Below are positions 26,992 to 36,149 of a stretch of DNA of 36,822 nt, piece by piece. The stretch is from Marinoscillum sp. GTDB lineage: Bacteria > Bacteroidota > Bacteroidia > Cytophagales > MED-G16. The DNA is taken from assembly GCA_042095375.1 (NCBI GenBank), contig JBELBJ010000003.1, positions 45,544-82,365 of the forward strand, read 5' to 3'. The notes beneath the pieces were generated by a model. It was not told the origin of the DNA. It saw nothing but the letters and a program-made list of their open reading frames with translations, and ran no database searches. The position numbers were made by a program, and so were the translations under genes. The stretch's first letter is position 1. The number at the start of each line of letters is the position of its first letter.

Positions 26992-29088
26992 ATGTCAATA
27001 ATAGGTACATTAAGAAATAAGATGGGAAAATTTCTAGTCTTTGTTATTGGATTCTCAATAGCATCTTTTGTATTAGGTGATATCCTGGGCCCTAACTCAA
27101 CTTTATTTGGGGGGAACGATACAACTATTGGTACTATAAAGGGTGAAGATATAGATTTCACATCATTTCAATCTTTATATGAAGAGTTTTCATATAATTT
27201 TTCTTTGAATAGTGGAACTTCGCCTTCCCCTAATGATGTGCTTCTTTTAAGGGAACAAGTTTGGGAAAAATTTATTCAAGATATTGCATTTCAAAATGAA
27301 TATGATAAATTAGGTGTTACTGTTACGAGTTCTGAGCTTGTAGAAATGGTGCAGGGAAATAATATCCACCCAGTTGTTAGACAAGCTTTTACAAGTCCTG
27401 AGACAGGAATTTTTGATTCAGAGCAGGTTGTTTTTTTTCTAAAGAATTTATCTAACCAAAGCGTTGAACAACAACAATTTTGGTCAAATTTTGAAAGAAA
27501 CTTAATCCCTTTAAGACTAAGGGATAAATATGAAAACCTTATTTCTAAAACTAATTATGTTAATAAATTAGAATCAAAACGTGAATATATAAACTCTAAT
27601 CAATCTTCTTCAATATCTTATTTATATGTCCCTTTTTATTCTATTAGTGATTCTTTAGTTTCTGTTTCTGATAATGAATTAAAATCATTTCTTTTTAATA
27701 ATAAAGATGATTATAAACAAGAAGAATCTCGTTCTTTAAAATATATATCTTTTGATGTAAGTCCTTCTATTGAAGATACTCTTTATGTTAAGGAAGAAAT
27801 GAATAATTTAAAATCACTTATTAATCAATCTTCTAGTGATTCTATTTTTTCTTCAATTAATTCAGACGATTTGGATTATTATATATCATTAAGAGAGGAT
27901 GAAATAAAGAATTTGTTTGGTTCAAACCCTAATGTTGGAGATATTATAGATCCTCAAATTTTAAATAATCAGTATGTTTTATATAAATTATCTGAAATCA
28001 TTAAGGAAGAAAAATTTAGTGCAAGAGCAAAGCATATATTATTAAAGTGGGATGATCAAAGTTTAAATTCTAAATCAGAAGTTAGAAATGAAGCCAATAG
28101 AGTTTTAAATTTGATAAGAAGTGGAAGTGACTTTGATGAAATGGCTAGAATGTATAGTCAAGATGGCTCAGCTAGTAATGGTGGTGATCTTGGATGGTTT
28201 ACTGAAGGTCAAATGGTAGATCCTTTTGAAAGAGCAGTTTTTTCTAAAAGATCTTCAGGCTTAATTAATAGAGTTATTGAAACTGATTTTGGTTTTCACA
28301 TAATTAATGTAAGTTCTACAAAATCTGATAAGATTTTTAAAGTTTCTAAAATTGTTAAAGATATAATTCCTAGCGATGTAACTAGAAATAATTCATATAG
28401 ACAAGCAGAAATTTTTAGATCTGAAAATAATAGCATGAATGATTTCCTATCTGCTGCTGATAATCTTGGTTTAAAAATCTCTACTAACAGAATAAATAAG
28501 AATGATCAAACTGTTGGATCTTTACAAAACTCAAGATCTTTAATTATGTGGGCTTATGGAGTAGATGATTTAGGTGAAATATCTAATGTAATAGAATTGG
28601 ATAACACATATGTGATAGGTATTTTATCTGAAATTAAAGAAGAAGGAACTTCTGAATTAGAAGATGTAGAGTTTTCGATTAGAAGAAAAATTATTAATAA
28701 TAAAAAATTTGATTTTGTAAATGATAAATTATCTGGAATAGAAGGTTCCCTAGATGAAATTGCTGTTTCTTATGGTGCTAATGCTAATGTTTTTACTATG
28801 GACAATTTACTTCTTAGTACTAGTTCTTTAAATAATGTTGGGTATTCTCCAAATGCTATAGGAGTTGCTTTTTCTATGGATGAAGCTGAAAGAACTAAAC
28901 CTTTTGCTACTGATGATGGTGTTTTAATTTTACAATTAAACTCAAAAGATACTTTTTCTGAACAAGAAGATTATTTTGGTTTTTCTAGTTCATTGCTGGA
29001 GGCACTTAACCTAGCCTCCCCTTTAAAAATAGATAAAGCAATTAAAGGATTTTCTGACATAAGCGATTATAGATACAAATTCTTTTAA
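26992..29088 (+). CDS. ppiD: PpiD-like membrane-anchored periplasmic chaperone (SurA N-domain + parvulin)
   Basis: N-terminal TM anchor; parvulin AKHILL...FDEMA..YSQD.SA.NGGDLGWF..GQMV.PFE...ETDFGFHII. Confidence 0.85.
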   Translation: MSIIGTLRNKMGKFLVFVIGFSIASFVLGDILGPNSTLFGGNDTTIGTIKGEDIDFTSFQSLYEEFSYNFSLNSGTSPSPNDVLLLREQVWEKFIQDIAFQNEYDKLGVTVTSSELVEMVQGNNIHPVVRQAFTSPETGIFDSEQVVFFLKNLSNQSVEQQQFWSNFERNLIPLRLRDKYENLISKTNYVNKLESKREYINSNQSSSISYLYVPFYSISDSLVSVSDNELKSFLFNNKDDYKQEESRSLKYISFDVSPSIEDTLYVKEEMNNLKSLINQSSSDSIFSSINSDDLDYYISLREDEIKNLFGSNPNVGDIIDPQILNNQYVLYKLSEIIKEEKFSARAKHILLKWDDQSLNSKSEVRNEANRVLNLIRSGSDFDEMARMYSQDGSASNGGDLGWFTEGQMVDPFERAVFSKRSSGLINRVIETDFGFHIINVSSTKSDKIFKVSKIVKDIIPSDVTRNNSYRQAEIFRSENNSMNDFLSAADNLGLKISTNRINKNDQTVGSLQNSRSLIMWAYGVDDLGEISNVIELDNTYVIGILSEIKEEGTSELEDVEFSIRRKIINNKKFDFVNDKLSGIEGSLDEIAVSYGANANVFTMDNLLLSTSSLNNVGYSPNAIGVAFSMDEAERTKPFATDDGVLILQLNSKDTFSEQEDYFGFSSSLLEALNLASPLKIDKAIKGFSDISDYRYKFF

Positions 29089-29089
29089 T

Positions 29090-29350
29090 TTGAATTGGAA
29101 CAAAAGTAGTTTTTTAGAAAGGATCAATTCAGTCCATAAATTTCCTTGTAACTATATGTTTAAATTTATTGTTCCAATCTCGGAAAAGGATAAGCTTTTA
29201 ATGTTATTTAAAAATGATGATTATAAGCTTAAAGAATCCTCTAGCAAAAATTTTATTTCAATTACATTATCTAAAATGATGAAAAATGCTGATGAAATAA
29301 TTTATATTTATGAAAAAACATCCAAAATAAAAAACATTATCTTACTTTAA
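29090..29350 (+). CDS. DUF493/YbeD-family protein
   Basis: FPCNYMFKFIVP, ESSSKNFISIT, C-terminal I..II.L. Confidence 0.8.
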   Translation: MNWNKSSFLERINSVHKFPCNYMFKFIVPISEKDKLLMLFKNDDYKLKESSSKNFISITLSKMMKNADEIIYIYEKTSKIKNIILL

Positions 29351-29352
29351 TT

Positions 29353-29583
29353 ATGTGGAATAAAGTTGACAATAAGCTTACTAAAAAATTTGAATTTAAA
29401 AACTTTATTGAAGTATGTGCTTTCTTTTCTAAAGTAGCTATTATTTCTGAGAAATTAAATCATCATCCTAAAATTATAGTTGAGTATAATAGGGTTGAGA
29501 TAGAGTTGTTTACTCATGATAAGAACAATTCTGTAACTGAAAAAGATTATAATTTAGCAGATGCTATTGATAAATTATCATGA
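29353..29583 (+). CDS. phhB: Pterin-4-alpha-carbinolamine dehydratase
   Basis: F.FKNF, E..NHHP, YNRV.I.L.THD, VTEKD..LA..ID. Confidence 0.92.
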   Translation: MWNKVDNKLTKKFEFKNFIEVCAFFSKVAIISEKLNHHPKIIVEYNRVEIELFTHDKNNSVTEKDYNLADAIDKLS

Positions 29584-30263
29584 ATGAAGAAACAAAATTA
29601 TTTATTATTCCAACCCCAATAGGAAACCTAAAAGATATAACATTTAGATCAATAGAGATTATGAAGAATTCTGATTATATCTTATGCGAGGATACTAGAG
29701 TATCTAAAAAACTATTGAATCATTATAAAATAAATAAACCACTCAAAATATACCATGCTCATAATGAGCATAAGGTATTTTCAAAATATATTAATGATAT
29801 GAAATTGGGAAAACAAATTTGTTTAGTTTCTGATGCGGGTACCCCCTCAATATCTGATCCAGGTTATTTATTAGTAAATGAAGCTAATAAGTTAAAATTA
29901 AAAATTGAATGTTTGCCTGGCCCAACTGCTCTTATTCCTGCATTAGTAAAATCAGGGTTGCCTTCTGAAAAATTTGTTTTTGAAGGGTTCCTCCCAACTA
30001 AAAAAGGAAGATCAAAAAGACTAAAATTTTTATTAAATGAAACTAGAACGATGATTTTTTATGAGTCTCCTTTAAGGTTATTAAAAACAATAGAAGAATT
30101 TAAAAATTTTTTTGGAAACGAAAGAAAAGTATCAGTTTCAAGAGAAATTTCTAAAATTTATGAAGAAACAATTAACGGATCTCTTTCTGAGGTTCATGAA
30201 ATCCTTCTTAATAAAAAAATTAAAGGTGAAATTGTTATTGTTTTAACAGGTAGTAAAAAATAA
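29580..30263 (+). CDS. rsmI: 16S rRNA (cytidine1402-2'-O)-methyltransferase
   Basis: PTPIGNLKDIT, CEDTR, LVSDAGTPSISDPG, FEGFLP, FYESP.R, REISK.YEE, KGEIV. Confidence 0.96.
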   Translation: MNEETKLFIIPTPIGNLKDITFRSIEIMKNSDYILCEDTRVSKKLLNHYKINKPLKIYHAHNEHKVFSKYINDMKLGKQICLVSDAGTPSISDPGYLLVNEANKLKLKIECLPGPTALIPALVKSGLPSEKFVFEGFLPTKKGRSKRLKFLLNETRTMIFYESPLRLLKTIEEFKNFFGNERKVSVSREISKIYEETINGSLSEVHEILLNKKIKGEIVIVLTGSKK

Positions 30264-31432
30264 TGTACAGAATTATTCTTTTTATTTTCTTTTTTTCTTT
30301 TTCATTTAGTTTATTTTCATTTCAACTATCTAAAAATTCTCAAATTTCTGTAATTACTATTGGGCCATCTCAAAAAGAATTGTATAGTGCATTTGGTCAT
30401 AGTGGAATTAGAGTTAAAGATGATAGTTTAGGTATAGATTATTTTTATAATTATGGTGTTTTTGATTTTGATCAGCCTAATTTTTACATCAATTTTTTGA
30501 AGGGAAAGTTACTTTATATGGTAGTTAGGTATAATTATAAAACTATAGAAGATCATTATATTTTTAATAATAGAGTTATTAAAGAACAAGTACTTAATTT
30601 AAATTCAACCAAGAAATTAAAAACATTTAATTTCCTTGAAAAAAACATATTAAGTCAAAATAAATATTATTACTATAACTATATATATAATAATTGTGCA
30701 ACTAAGATAAGAGATTTATTTGATGAAATTTTTCCTAAATATGTTGAATATGATTCTATAAATAATGATAATTTATCTTACAGAGAATTAATGGATCTTT
30801 ATTTATATGAACAAAGATGGGGAGATTTAGGTATTGATATTTGTTTGGGTTCCGAAATAGATAAAATAGCAGATAATTATAATTCTATGTACTTACCAGA
30901 TTATTTATTTTCAAATTTAGATAATGCTAAGACTAGCGAAAATCAAAATTTTATATTGAAAGAAAATGAAATCTTTTCACCTAGCAAAACCAAGAATAGT
31001 TCAATTTTCTTAACTCCAAGTCTTGTTTTATTTACTCTTTTATTAATAACAGTTTTTCTTATTTTTAGAGAAAGAAAATATGATTTATGGTATAAAAAAT
31101 TTGATTTTATTCTATTCTTTATTTCTGGAGCTATAGGTTTTCTTTTAGTTTATCTATGGTTTTTTACTGACCATCTTTCGTCATATAATTTTAACCTTAT
31201 TTGGGCTTTTCCATTAAATATAGTTGTGGCTTTCTTTTTATTTAATGAAAAAATTTTAGATAAAATAAAAATTTATTTTTTAATTGTTTCTCTTCTTTTA
31301 CTTTCTTTAATTTTATTGTGGGCTTTGTTACCTCAAAAATTAAGTATCTCACTTTTGTTTTTGGTTTTAGCAATTTTATTACGTTCAATTTCAATTTATT
31401 TAAGGTTGCATAATAGATCAATTTCGAATTGA
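30263..31432 (+). CDS. DUF4105 membrane protein, probable Lnb-type lipoprotein N-acyltransferase
   Basis: FGHSGIRV, YNYG.FDF, Y.Y....NNCATKIRD (Cys/His papain-like pair) and about 5 C-terminal TMs. Confidence 0.75.
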   Translation: MYRIILFIFFFSFSFSLFSFQLSKNSQISVITIGPSQKELYSAFGHSGIRVKDDSLGIDYFYNYGVFDFDQPNFYINFLKGKLLYMVVRYNYKTIEDHYIFNNRVIKEQVLNLNSTKKLKTFNFLEKNILSQNKYYYYNYIYNNCATKIRDLFDEIFPKYVEYDSINNDNLSYRELMDLYLYEQRWGDLGIDICLGSEIDKIADNYNSMYLPDYLFSNLDNAKTSENQNFILKENEIFSPSKTKNSSIFLTPSLVLFTLLLITVFLIFRERKYDLWYKKFDFILFFISGAIGFLLVYLWFFTDHLSSYNFNLIWAFPLNIVVAFFLFNEKILDKIKIYFLIVSLLLLSLILLWALLPQKLSISLLFLVLAILLRSISIYLRLHNRSISN

Positions 31433-31434
31433 TA

Positions 31435-31896
31435 TCATATGTATTTATTTATACTATCGAAAATTAAGTTTTTTTCATATCCTTTTTGATATAGATAATT
31501 AAATAGCTTTTGTTTTTTAAGTCTAACTTCTTCTTCTTTAATACTTTTTTTTTTATTTATTAATAAGTTTTTTAAAGTCTCCAAATAAATTTCATTATCA
31601 ATTGATTCCAATCCTTGATTAATTTCATTTTCACCTATTCCTTTATTAATTAGATATGATTTTATTTTACTTTTACCCCATTTATTAATGTTAAACTTTC
31701 CTCTCGAAAATGATTTTGAAAACCTCAAATCATTAATTATATTATTTTTTTTTAGTTTATCAATTATTTTCTTAGAAGTATTAGAGTCATATCCTAATGA
31801 AAAGAGTTTGATTAATACCTCTTTGGAGGATCTTTCTCTGTAATTGCAGAAAATTATAATTTTTTCAAATGCCTCTTTTTCCGAAAGATTTTTCAA
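31435..31896 (-). CDS. recX: Regulatory protein RecX
   Basis: FCNYRERS..EV..KL, IND.RF...F.RGKF...KWG..KI...L..KGI, YL.QKGYE. Confidence 0.9.
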   Translation of the reverse strand: MKNLSEKEAFEKIIIFCNYRERSSKEVLIKLFSLGYDSNTSKKIIDKLKKNNIINDLRFSKSFSRGKFNINKWGKSKIKSYLINKGIGENEINQGLESIDNEIYLETLKNLLINKKKSIKEEEVRLKKQKLFNYLYQKGYEKNLIFDSINKYI

Positions 31897-31897
31897 A

Positions 31898-32371
31898 TTA
31901 TTTAATATATCCTTTTCTTCTTAACACACTTTCAACAAATCTTATTTCATTATCAGAGTTAAAAACTTTAAAAGGAAGAAAAATTATTTGAACTTTATTT
32001 ATCTTAAATAAAAAGCCATCTTTTTTTTTATAAGCTTTTTTTATGTTCTCCCATTTCATTGGCATTCCTTGATTTGAACTGACTTTTATAAGTATTTGTT
32101 GACTAGAAATCTCATAAGATAACCTTTCAAACATATATCTGCCTTGTTCAACTTGAGTCATTCCAGCAAATTGAATTAGCCAAAATAGAAAATATAAAAA
32201 TAATGCTATTGATGAGCCGATTATCCACCATATGTTTGGAATTAAGAAATAACCAGAACATAATGCTATATAAATTAAAAACACCCACCACTGATCATTC
32301 AATAAATTCAATAAACCCTTTTTTATATATATGCTTTGTTTAAGTTGATATTTTCTGGTTTTAACTATCAT
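31898..32371 (-). CDS. YcxB-like membrane protein
   Basis: Two N-terminal TMs followed by a PH-like soluble domain (W..I.KA......F.........LP..VF). Confidence 0.65.
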   Translation of the reverse strand: MIVKTRKYQLKQSIYIKKGLLNLLNDQWWVFLIYIALCSGYFLIPNIWWIIGSSIALFLYFLFWLIQFAGMTQVEQGRYMFERLSYEISSQQILIKVSSNQGMPMKWENIKKAYKKKDGFLFKINKVQIIFLPFKVFNSDNEIRFVESVLRRKGYIK

Positions 32372-32375
32372 GATA

Positions 32376-32771
32376 TCATTCTTTATTTATAATTAATCTG
32401 CTAATTTTTAAGTCATCAAGTTTCTTTTTAATGAATACTATAATAGAATAGCTACTTTTCTCAGTTTTATACTCTGCTAAGATATAATTAATTTCATTAC
32501 TAACTTCTCCCTCGTGAATGAAATTTAAAGATGTTAAAGGTTGAGTCTTAAAGAAATTTTTTAGAATTAATTCAGCTTTATTTTTGTTAGAATTAATTAT
32601 CTCATTATCGATATTTAATTCATGCTCATCGTGTAATAGATTAATAATTTCTCTAGGACTGGTAATTTCAATTGCTTTTTTAATATTTTCAATAGAGTTC
32701 TCTTGATTAATAAATGATGTGTTTATACTCATTATAATTAATAGAATTAGATTTATAAAATATCTTTTCAC
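32376..32771 (-). CDS. Exported NTF2-like protein (DUF4783-like)
   Basis: I..AI....KAELILKNFF...P...F.HEG...Y....Y.T pattern. GTG at 32771 gives a signal-peptide-like MKRYFINLILLII, whereas the ORF-track TTG at 32795 overlaps a -7 box. Confidence 0.65.
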   Translation of the reverse strand: MKRYFINLILLIIMSINTSFINQENSIENIKKAIEITSPREIINLLHDEHELNIDNEIINSNKNKAELILKNFFKTQPLTSLNFIHEGEVSNEINYILAEYKTEKSSYSIIVFIKKKLDDLKISRLIINKE

Positions 32772-32792
32772 AATAAATTGAATATTATTATA

Positions 32793-32800
32793 CAAACATA
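32793..32800 (-). promoter_or_regulatory. -7 box (TATGTTTG on minus strand) for DUF4783-YcxB-recX
   Basis: CAAACATA on the plus strand, 21 nt upstream of GTG 32771. Confidence 0.5.
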
Positions 32801-32825
32801 ATTCTCAATAAGTATTTTTACTAAA

Positions 32826-34343
32826 ATGAATAAGAAAGTTCTATTAATGATTCTTGATGGTTGGGGAAAAGGTAAAGAGTCTAGTATTTCTGCTATTGAT
32901 AAAGCCAATACACCTTTTATAGATTCACTCTACATGGATTATTCTAATTCTGAACTAAGTGCTTCTGGTAAAGACGTGGGTTTACCTGATGGACAGATGG
33001 GTAACTCAGAAGTTGGCCATATGAATTTGGGCGCTGGAAGGGTTATTTTTCAAGACTTAGTAAGGTTAAACAATGAGATCGAATGCAATAATTTTTCAGA
33101 TAATAAAGAGTTTATTAATTGCACTAATTATCTAAAGAAAACAAAAAAATCCCTTCATTTGTTAGGATTACTTTCAGATGGTGGTGTTCATTCTCATTAC
33201 GATCATTTATTTCATATTGTGAATATTCTAAAAAAAATGCAAATGGAAAATGTATTTATTCATTCCTTTTTAGATGGAAGGGATACTGCTCCTAATAAAG
33301 GGATTGAATCTATTGAAAAATTAAGTGCTTTAATTAGAGATTCAAAAATAAAATTGGCAACAATTATGGGAAGATATTATTCTATGGATAGGGATATGAG
33401 ATGGGATAGAATGAAGCTAGCTTATGATGCAATGGTTAGAGGTAAGGGTGTTAAATCTTATAATTTTCTTGACTCAATTAAAAAATCATATGACAAAAAT
33501 GTTTTTGACGAATTTATTTTACCAACGGTTGGCATGGAAAAGGATAAACCAATCTGTAAAATAAATGATGGTGATGTTGTTTTTACATATAATTTTAGAT
33601 CTGATAGAATGAGGCAGCTAACTTCAGTTTTAACTCAAAAAGATTATATAAAATACAAAATGAAAAAAAAGAAATTATATTTTTTGACAATGACAAATTA
33701 TGATGAAAAATTTAAAAATATTAATGTCTTATATAATAAACCTAATATTAAAAATACATTAGGAGAAATTCTAAGTAAAAATAACAAACTTCAACTTAGA
33801 ATAGCTGAAACTGAAAAGTACCCGCATGTAACATACTTTTTTTCTGGGGGGAGAGAAGAAAAGTTCCTTAATGAAGAAAGAATTTTATGTCCATCTCCAA
33901 AAGTTAGTACTTACAATTTAAAACCTGAAATGAGTGCTTTTGATGTAGAAAAAAAAATTTTACAAAAAATCGGATTGGATTACTATGATTTTATTTGTTT
34001 GAATTTAGCAAACCCTGATATGGTTGGGCATTCTGGTGATTTTGAAGCTACAGTAAGAGCTTGCGAAGTGGTTGATAAATGTTCCAAAAAAATCATTAAT
34101 GAAGCTCTTAGATTTAATTATAAGATTATTTTAATAGCAGATCATGGTAATGCTGATATAATGATAAATAAAGATGGAAGCCCACACACTTATCATACTA
34201 CTAATCCTGTCCCATTTATATTAATAGATAAAAATTTTAATTCAAAATTAAAAAATGGAATATTGGCAGATGTAGCTCCAACTATTTTAGATATTATGGA
34301 TATACAAATTCCTAAAGAAATGACAGGTAAAAGTTTAATATGA
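32826..34343 (+). CDS. gpmI: 2,3-bisphosphoglycerate-independent phosphoglycerate mutase
   Basis: ILDGWG, GQMGNSEVGH, SDGGVHSH, DGRDT, GRYYSMDRD, AETEKYPHVT, NPDMVGH, ADHGNA. Confidence 0.97.
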   Translation: MNKKVLLMILDGWGKGKESSISAIDKANTPFIDSLYMDYSNSELSASGKDVGLPDGQMGNSEVGHMNLGAGRVIFQDLVRLNNEIECNNFSDNKEFINCTNYLKKTKKSLHLLGLLSDGGVHSHYDHLFHIVNILKKMQMENVFIHSFLDGRDTAPNKGIESIEKLSALIRDSKIKLATIMGRYYSMDRDMRWDRMKLAYDAMVRGKGVKSYNFLDSIKKSYDKNVFDEFILPTVGMEKDKPICKINDGDVVFTYNFRSDRMRQLTSVLTQKDYIKYKMKKKKLYFLTMTNYDEKFKNINVLYNKPNIKNTLGEILSKNNKLQLRIAETEKYPHVTYFFSGGREEKFLNEERILCPSPKVSTYNLKPEMSAFDVEKKILQKIGLDYYDFICLNLANPDMVGHSGDFEATVRACEVVDKCSKKIINEALRFNYKIILIADHGNADIMINKDGSPHTYHTTNPVPFILIDKNFNSKLKNGILADVAPTILDIMDIQIPKEMTGKSLI

Positions 34344-34882
34344 GAGCAATTAATTTTTTTATAGTATTTTTTTTATCAGCTTGTTCTAATATTAATGAAG
34401 TAAAAAAAATTTCCAGTTATTATAATATTGATTCTTTATTAAATTCTCAAATTATAATTTTACCAAATTCAAATGATTTACAAAAAGAAGTAACATGGAA
34501 TTCTAAATCTGAAAAGTCAAATTTTTCTCCCTCCAATTTTGATTGGCAAAAGGAATTAAATGTTTTTAATCAAATCGATATAAACCAAGTTTCAAATAAA
34601 AGTTCGTATGAGGTTTTATCAAAAGATAATTTAATTGAATATAAAAAATTAGTTGATGAAGAAGGAATAATTAGTATTGATATAACTTTAGATAATAATG
34701 AAAAACCTAAAAGTATAATTGCATATGGTATTAAGAAAAACTTTCTTTTTAATTCATATAGAAACTATAACCTTTCTTTTGACTCCATTGGAAATTTAAC
34801 AAACTATATTTTTGAAGATAAGCAGATACGAATTTTTAATGATACCTTGTTATATAAGGTTTCTGGTAATATAATTTGGTAA
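34340..34882 (+). CDS. Hypothetical lipoprotein
   Basis: Lipobox LSA-C at aa 12-15, beta-rich mature part, ATGA overlap with gpmI. Confidence 0.7.
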   Translation: MRAINFFIVFFLSACSNINEVKKISSYYNIDSLLNSQIIILPNSNDLQKEVTWNSKSEKSNFSPSNFDWQKELNVFNQIDINQVSNKSSYEVLSKDNLIEYKKLVDEEGIISIDITLDNNEKPKSIIAYGIKKNFLFNSYRNYNLSFDSIGNLTNYIFEDKQIRIFNDTLLYKVSGNIIW

Positions 34883-34886
34883 CCAT

Positions 34887-36149
34887 CTAAGTAACTCTAT
34901 TTTTTTCTTTTTTTATTTTTTTGTAAGATTCAGTTTTTAATATTTCAATTAAAGCATTAATAGTATGATATAAATCCTGGAAAGATGTATATAAGGGTGA
35001 TATCCCAAATCTTATATATTTATCTGGTCTATAATCACAGATAATTTTTGGAAATTTTTTACTTCCTTTTGCTAATGCCCTACAAATTTTCCATGATTCT
35101 GCATGTGATATTGTTACATGTGACCCTCTATTTAAAGGATCCCTTGGACTCTCTATTTTTACGTTATATGAATCAAGTTCCTGGTTTATTAATGATATAA
35201 AATATTCACTTTGTGAGATGCTTTTTTTTCTGATAGATTTTGTTGTAGCTTTAATTATTATATCAAGACCAGCTTCCATTCCTACCATAGACAACACTCC
35301 GGGTGTGCCAATATCAAATTTATTTATGTTATTTGCCGCTTCATATTTATCAAAAAACTTGAAGGGTAGCTTATGTCCAAACCAACCTTTAATTGGATTT
35401 TCTAATTTACTTTGAATGGAATTGTCTACAAATAAAAACCCTGGTGCACCCGGCCCTCCATTTAAGAACTTGTAACTACAACCAACTGCCGCTAAAGTAT
35501 TTGTTTTTTTTAAATTAATATGTGTTGCTCCAACAGCGTGACTAAGATCCCATACAATGATGCTATTATTTTTTTTAGCATAATCATTTAGTTTTTTTAA
35601 AGGATACATCCAACCGCTTTTATAACTAACTAAACTTAAACATAAAATCCCAGGAGATTTTTTAATTGATTTTTCAATTAAATTAATTTCAGCTGAAATA
35701 TCTTGAGAATAATTTATTATAGTTGGGTTTTTAATATTAAAATTAGAAGAGATGCCTTCTATTATATAATTGTCAGATGGAAAATTAAAAGAATCAGATA
35801 TAAGGCTTTTCTTATAAAGATTTGATTTTAAAAGTGAAAAAACAATTTGATATAAATTTATAGATGTTGAATCTCCAATTTTTACTTCTCGCTTTTTCGC
35901 TCCCAGAATTTTAGCTAACTTTTTCTCTAAATTTCTGGATAAATCTAACCACTTTTCATCCCAACTTCTAACAAGCCTATCCCCCCATTCATAATCAATT
36001 GTTTTTCTAATCTTTTCAATTGATTTTATAGGTAACTTTCCAAGAGAATTACCATTAAGGTATATTTCTTTTTTTGAATTTAAAAAATGAGATTTATATT
36101 TTTTTAAACTGTCTTTCCTATCTAATTCAATTGCTTGTTTAAGTTTCAT
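34887..36149 (-). CDS. kynU: Kynureninase (PLP-dependent)
   Basis: IYLNGNSLG, DSTSINL, NFPSD.Y, WDLSHAVGA, GCSYKFLNGGPGAP, GWFGH, RGSHV, DYRPD.IRFG.SPLY. Confidence 0.93.
   Translation of the reverse strand: MKLKQAIELDRKDSLKKYKSHFLNSKKEIYLNGNSLGKLPIKSIEKIRKTIDYEWGDRLVRSWDEKWLDLSRNLEKKLAKILGAKKREVKIGDSTSINLYQIVFSLLKSNLYKKSLISDSFNFPSDNYIIEGISSNFNIKNPTIINYSQDISAEINLIEKSIKKSPGILCLSLVSYKSGWMYPLKKLNDYAKKNNSIIVWDLSHAVGATHINLKKTNTLAAVGCSYKFLNGGPGAPGFLFVDNSIQSKLENPIKGWFGHKLPFKFFDKYEAANNINKFDIGTPGVLSMVGMEAGLDIIIKATTKSIRKKSISQSEYFISLINQELDSYNVKIESPRDPLNRGSHVTISHAESWKICRALAKGSKKFPKIICDYRPDKYIRFGISPLYTSFQDLYHTINALIEILKTESYKKIKKEKNRVT

Noticed and set aside
21747-35415. Nested opposite-strand ORFs at 21747, 22805, 23109, 25825, 26979 and 35218
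   Set aside because: Antisense shadows with no independent evidence.
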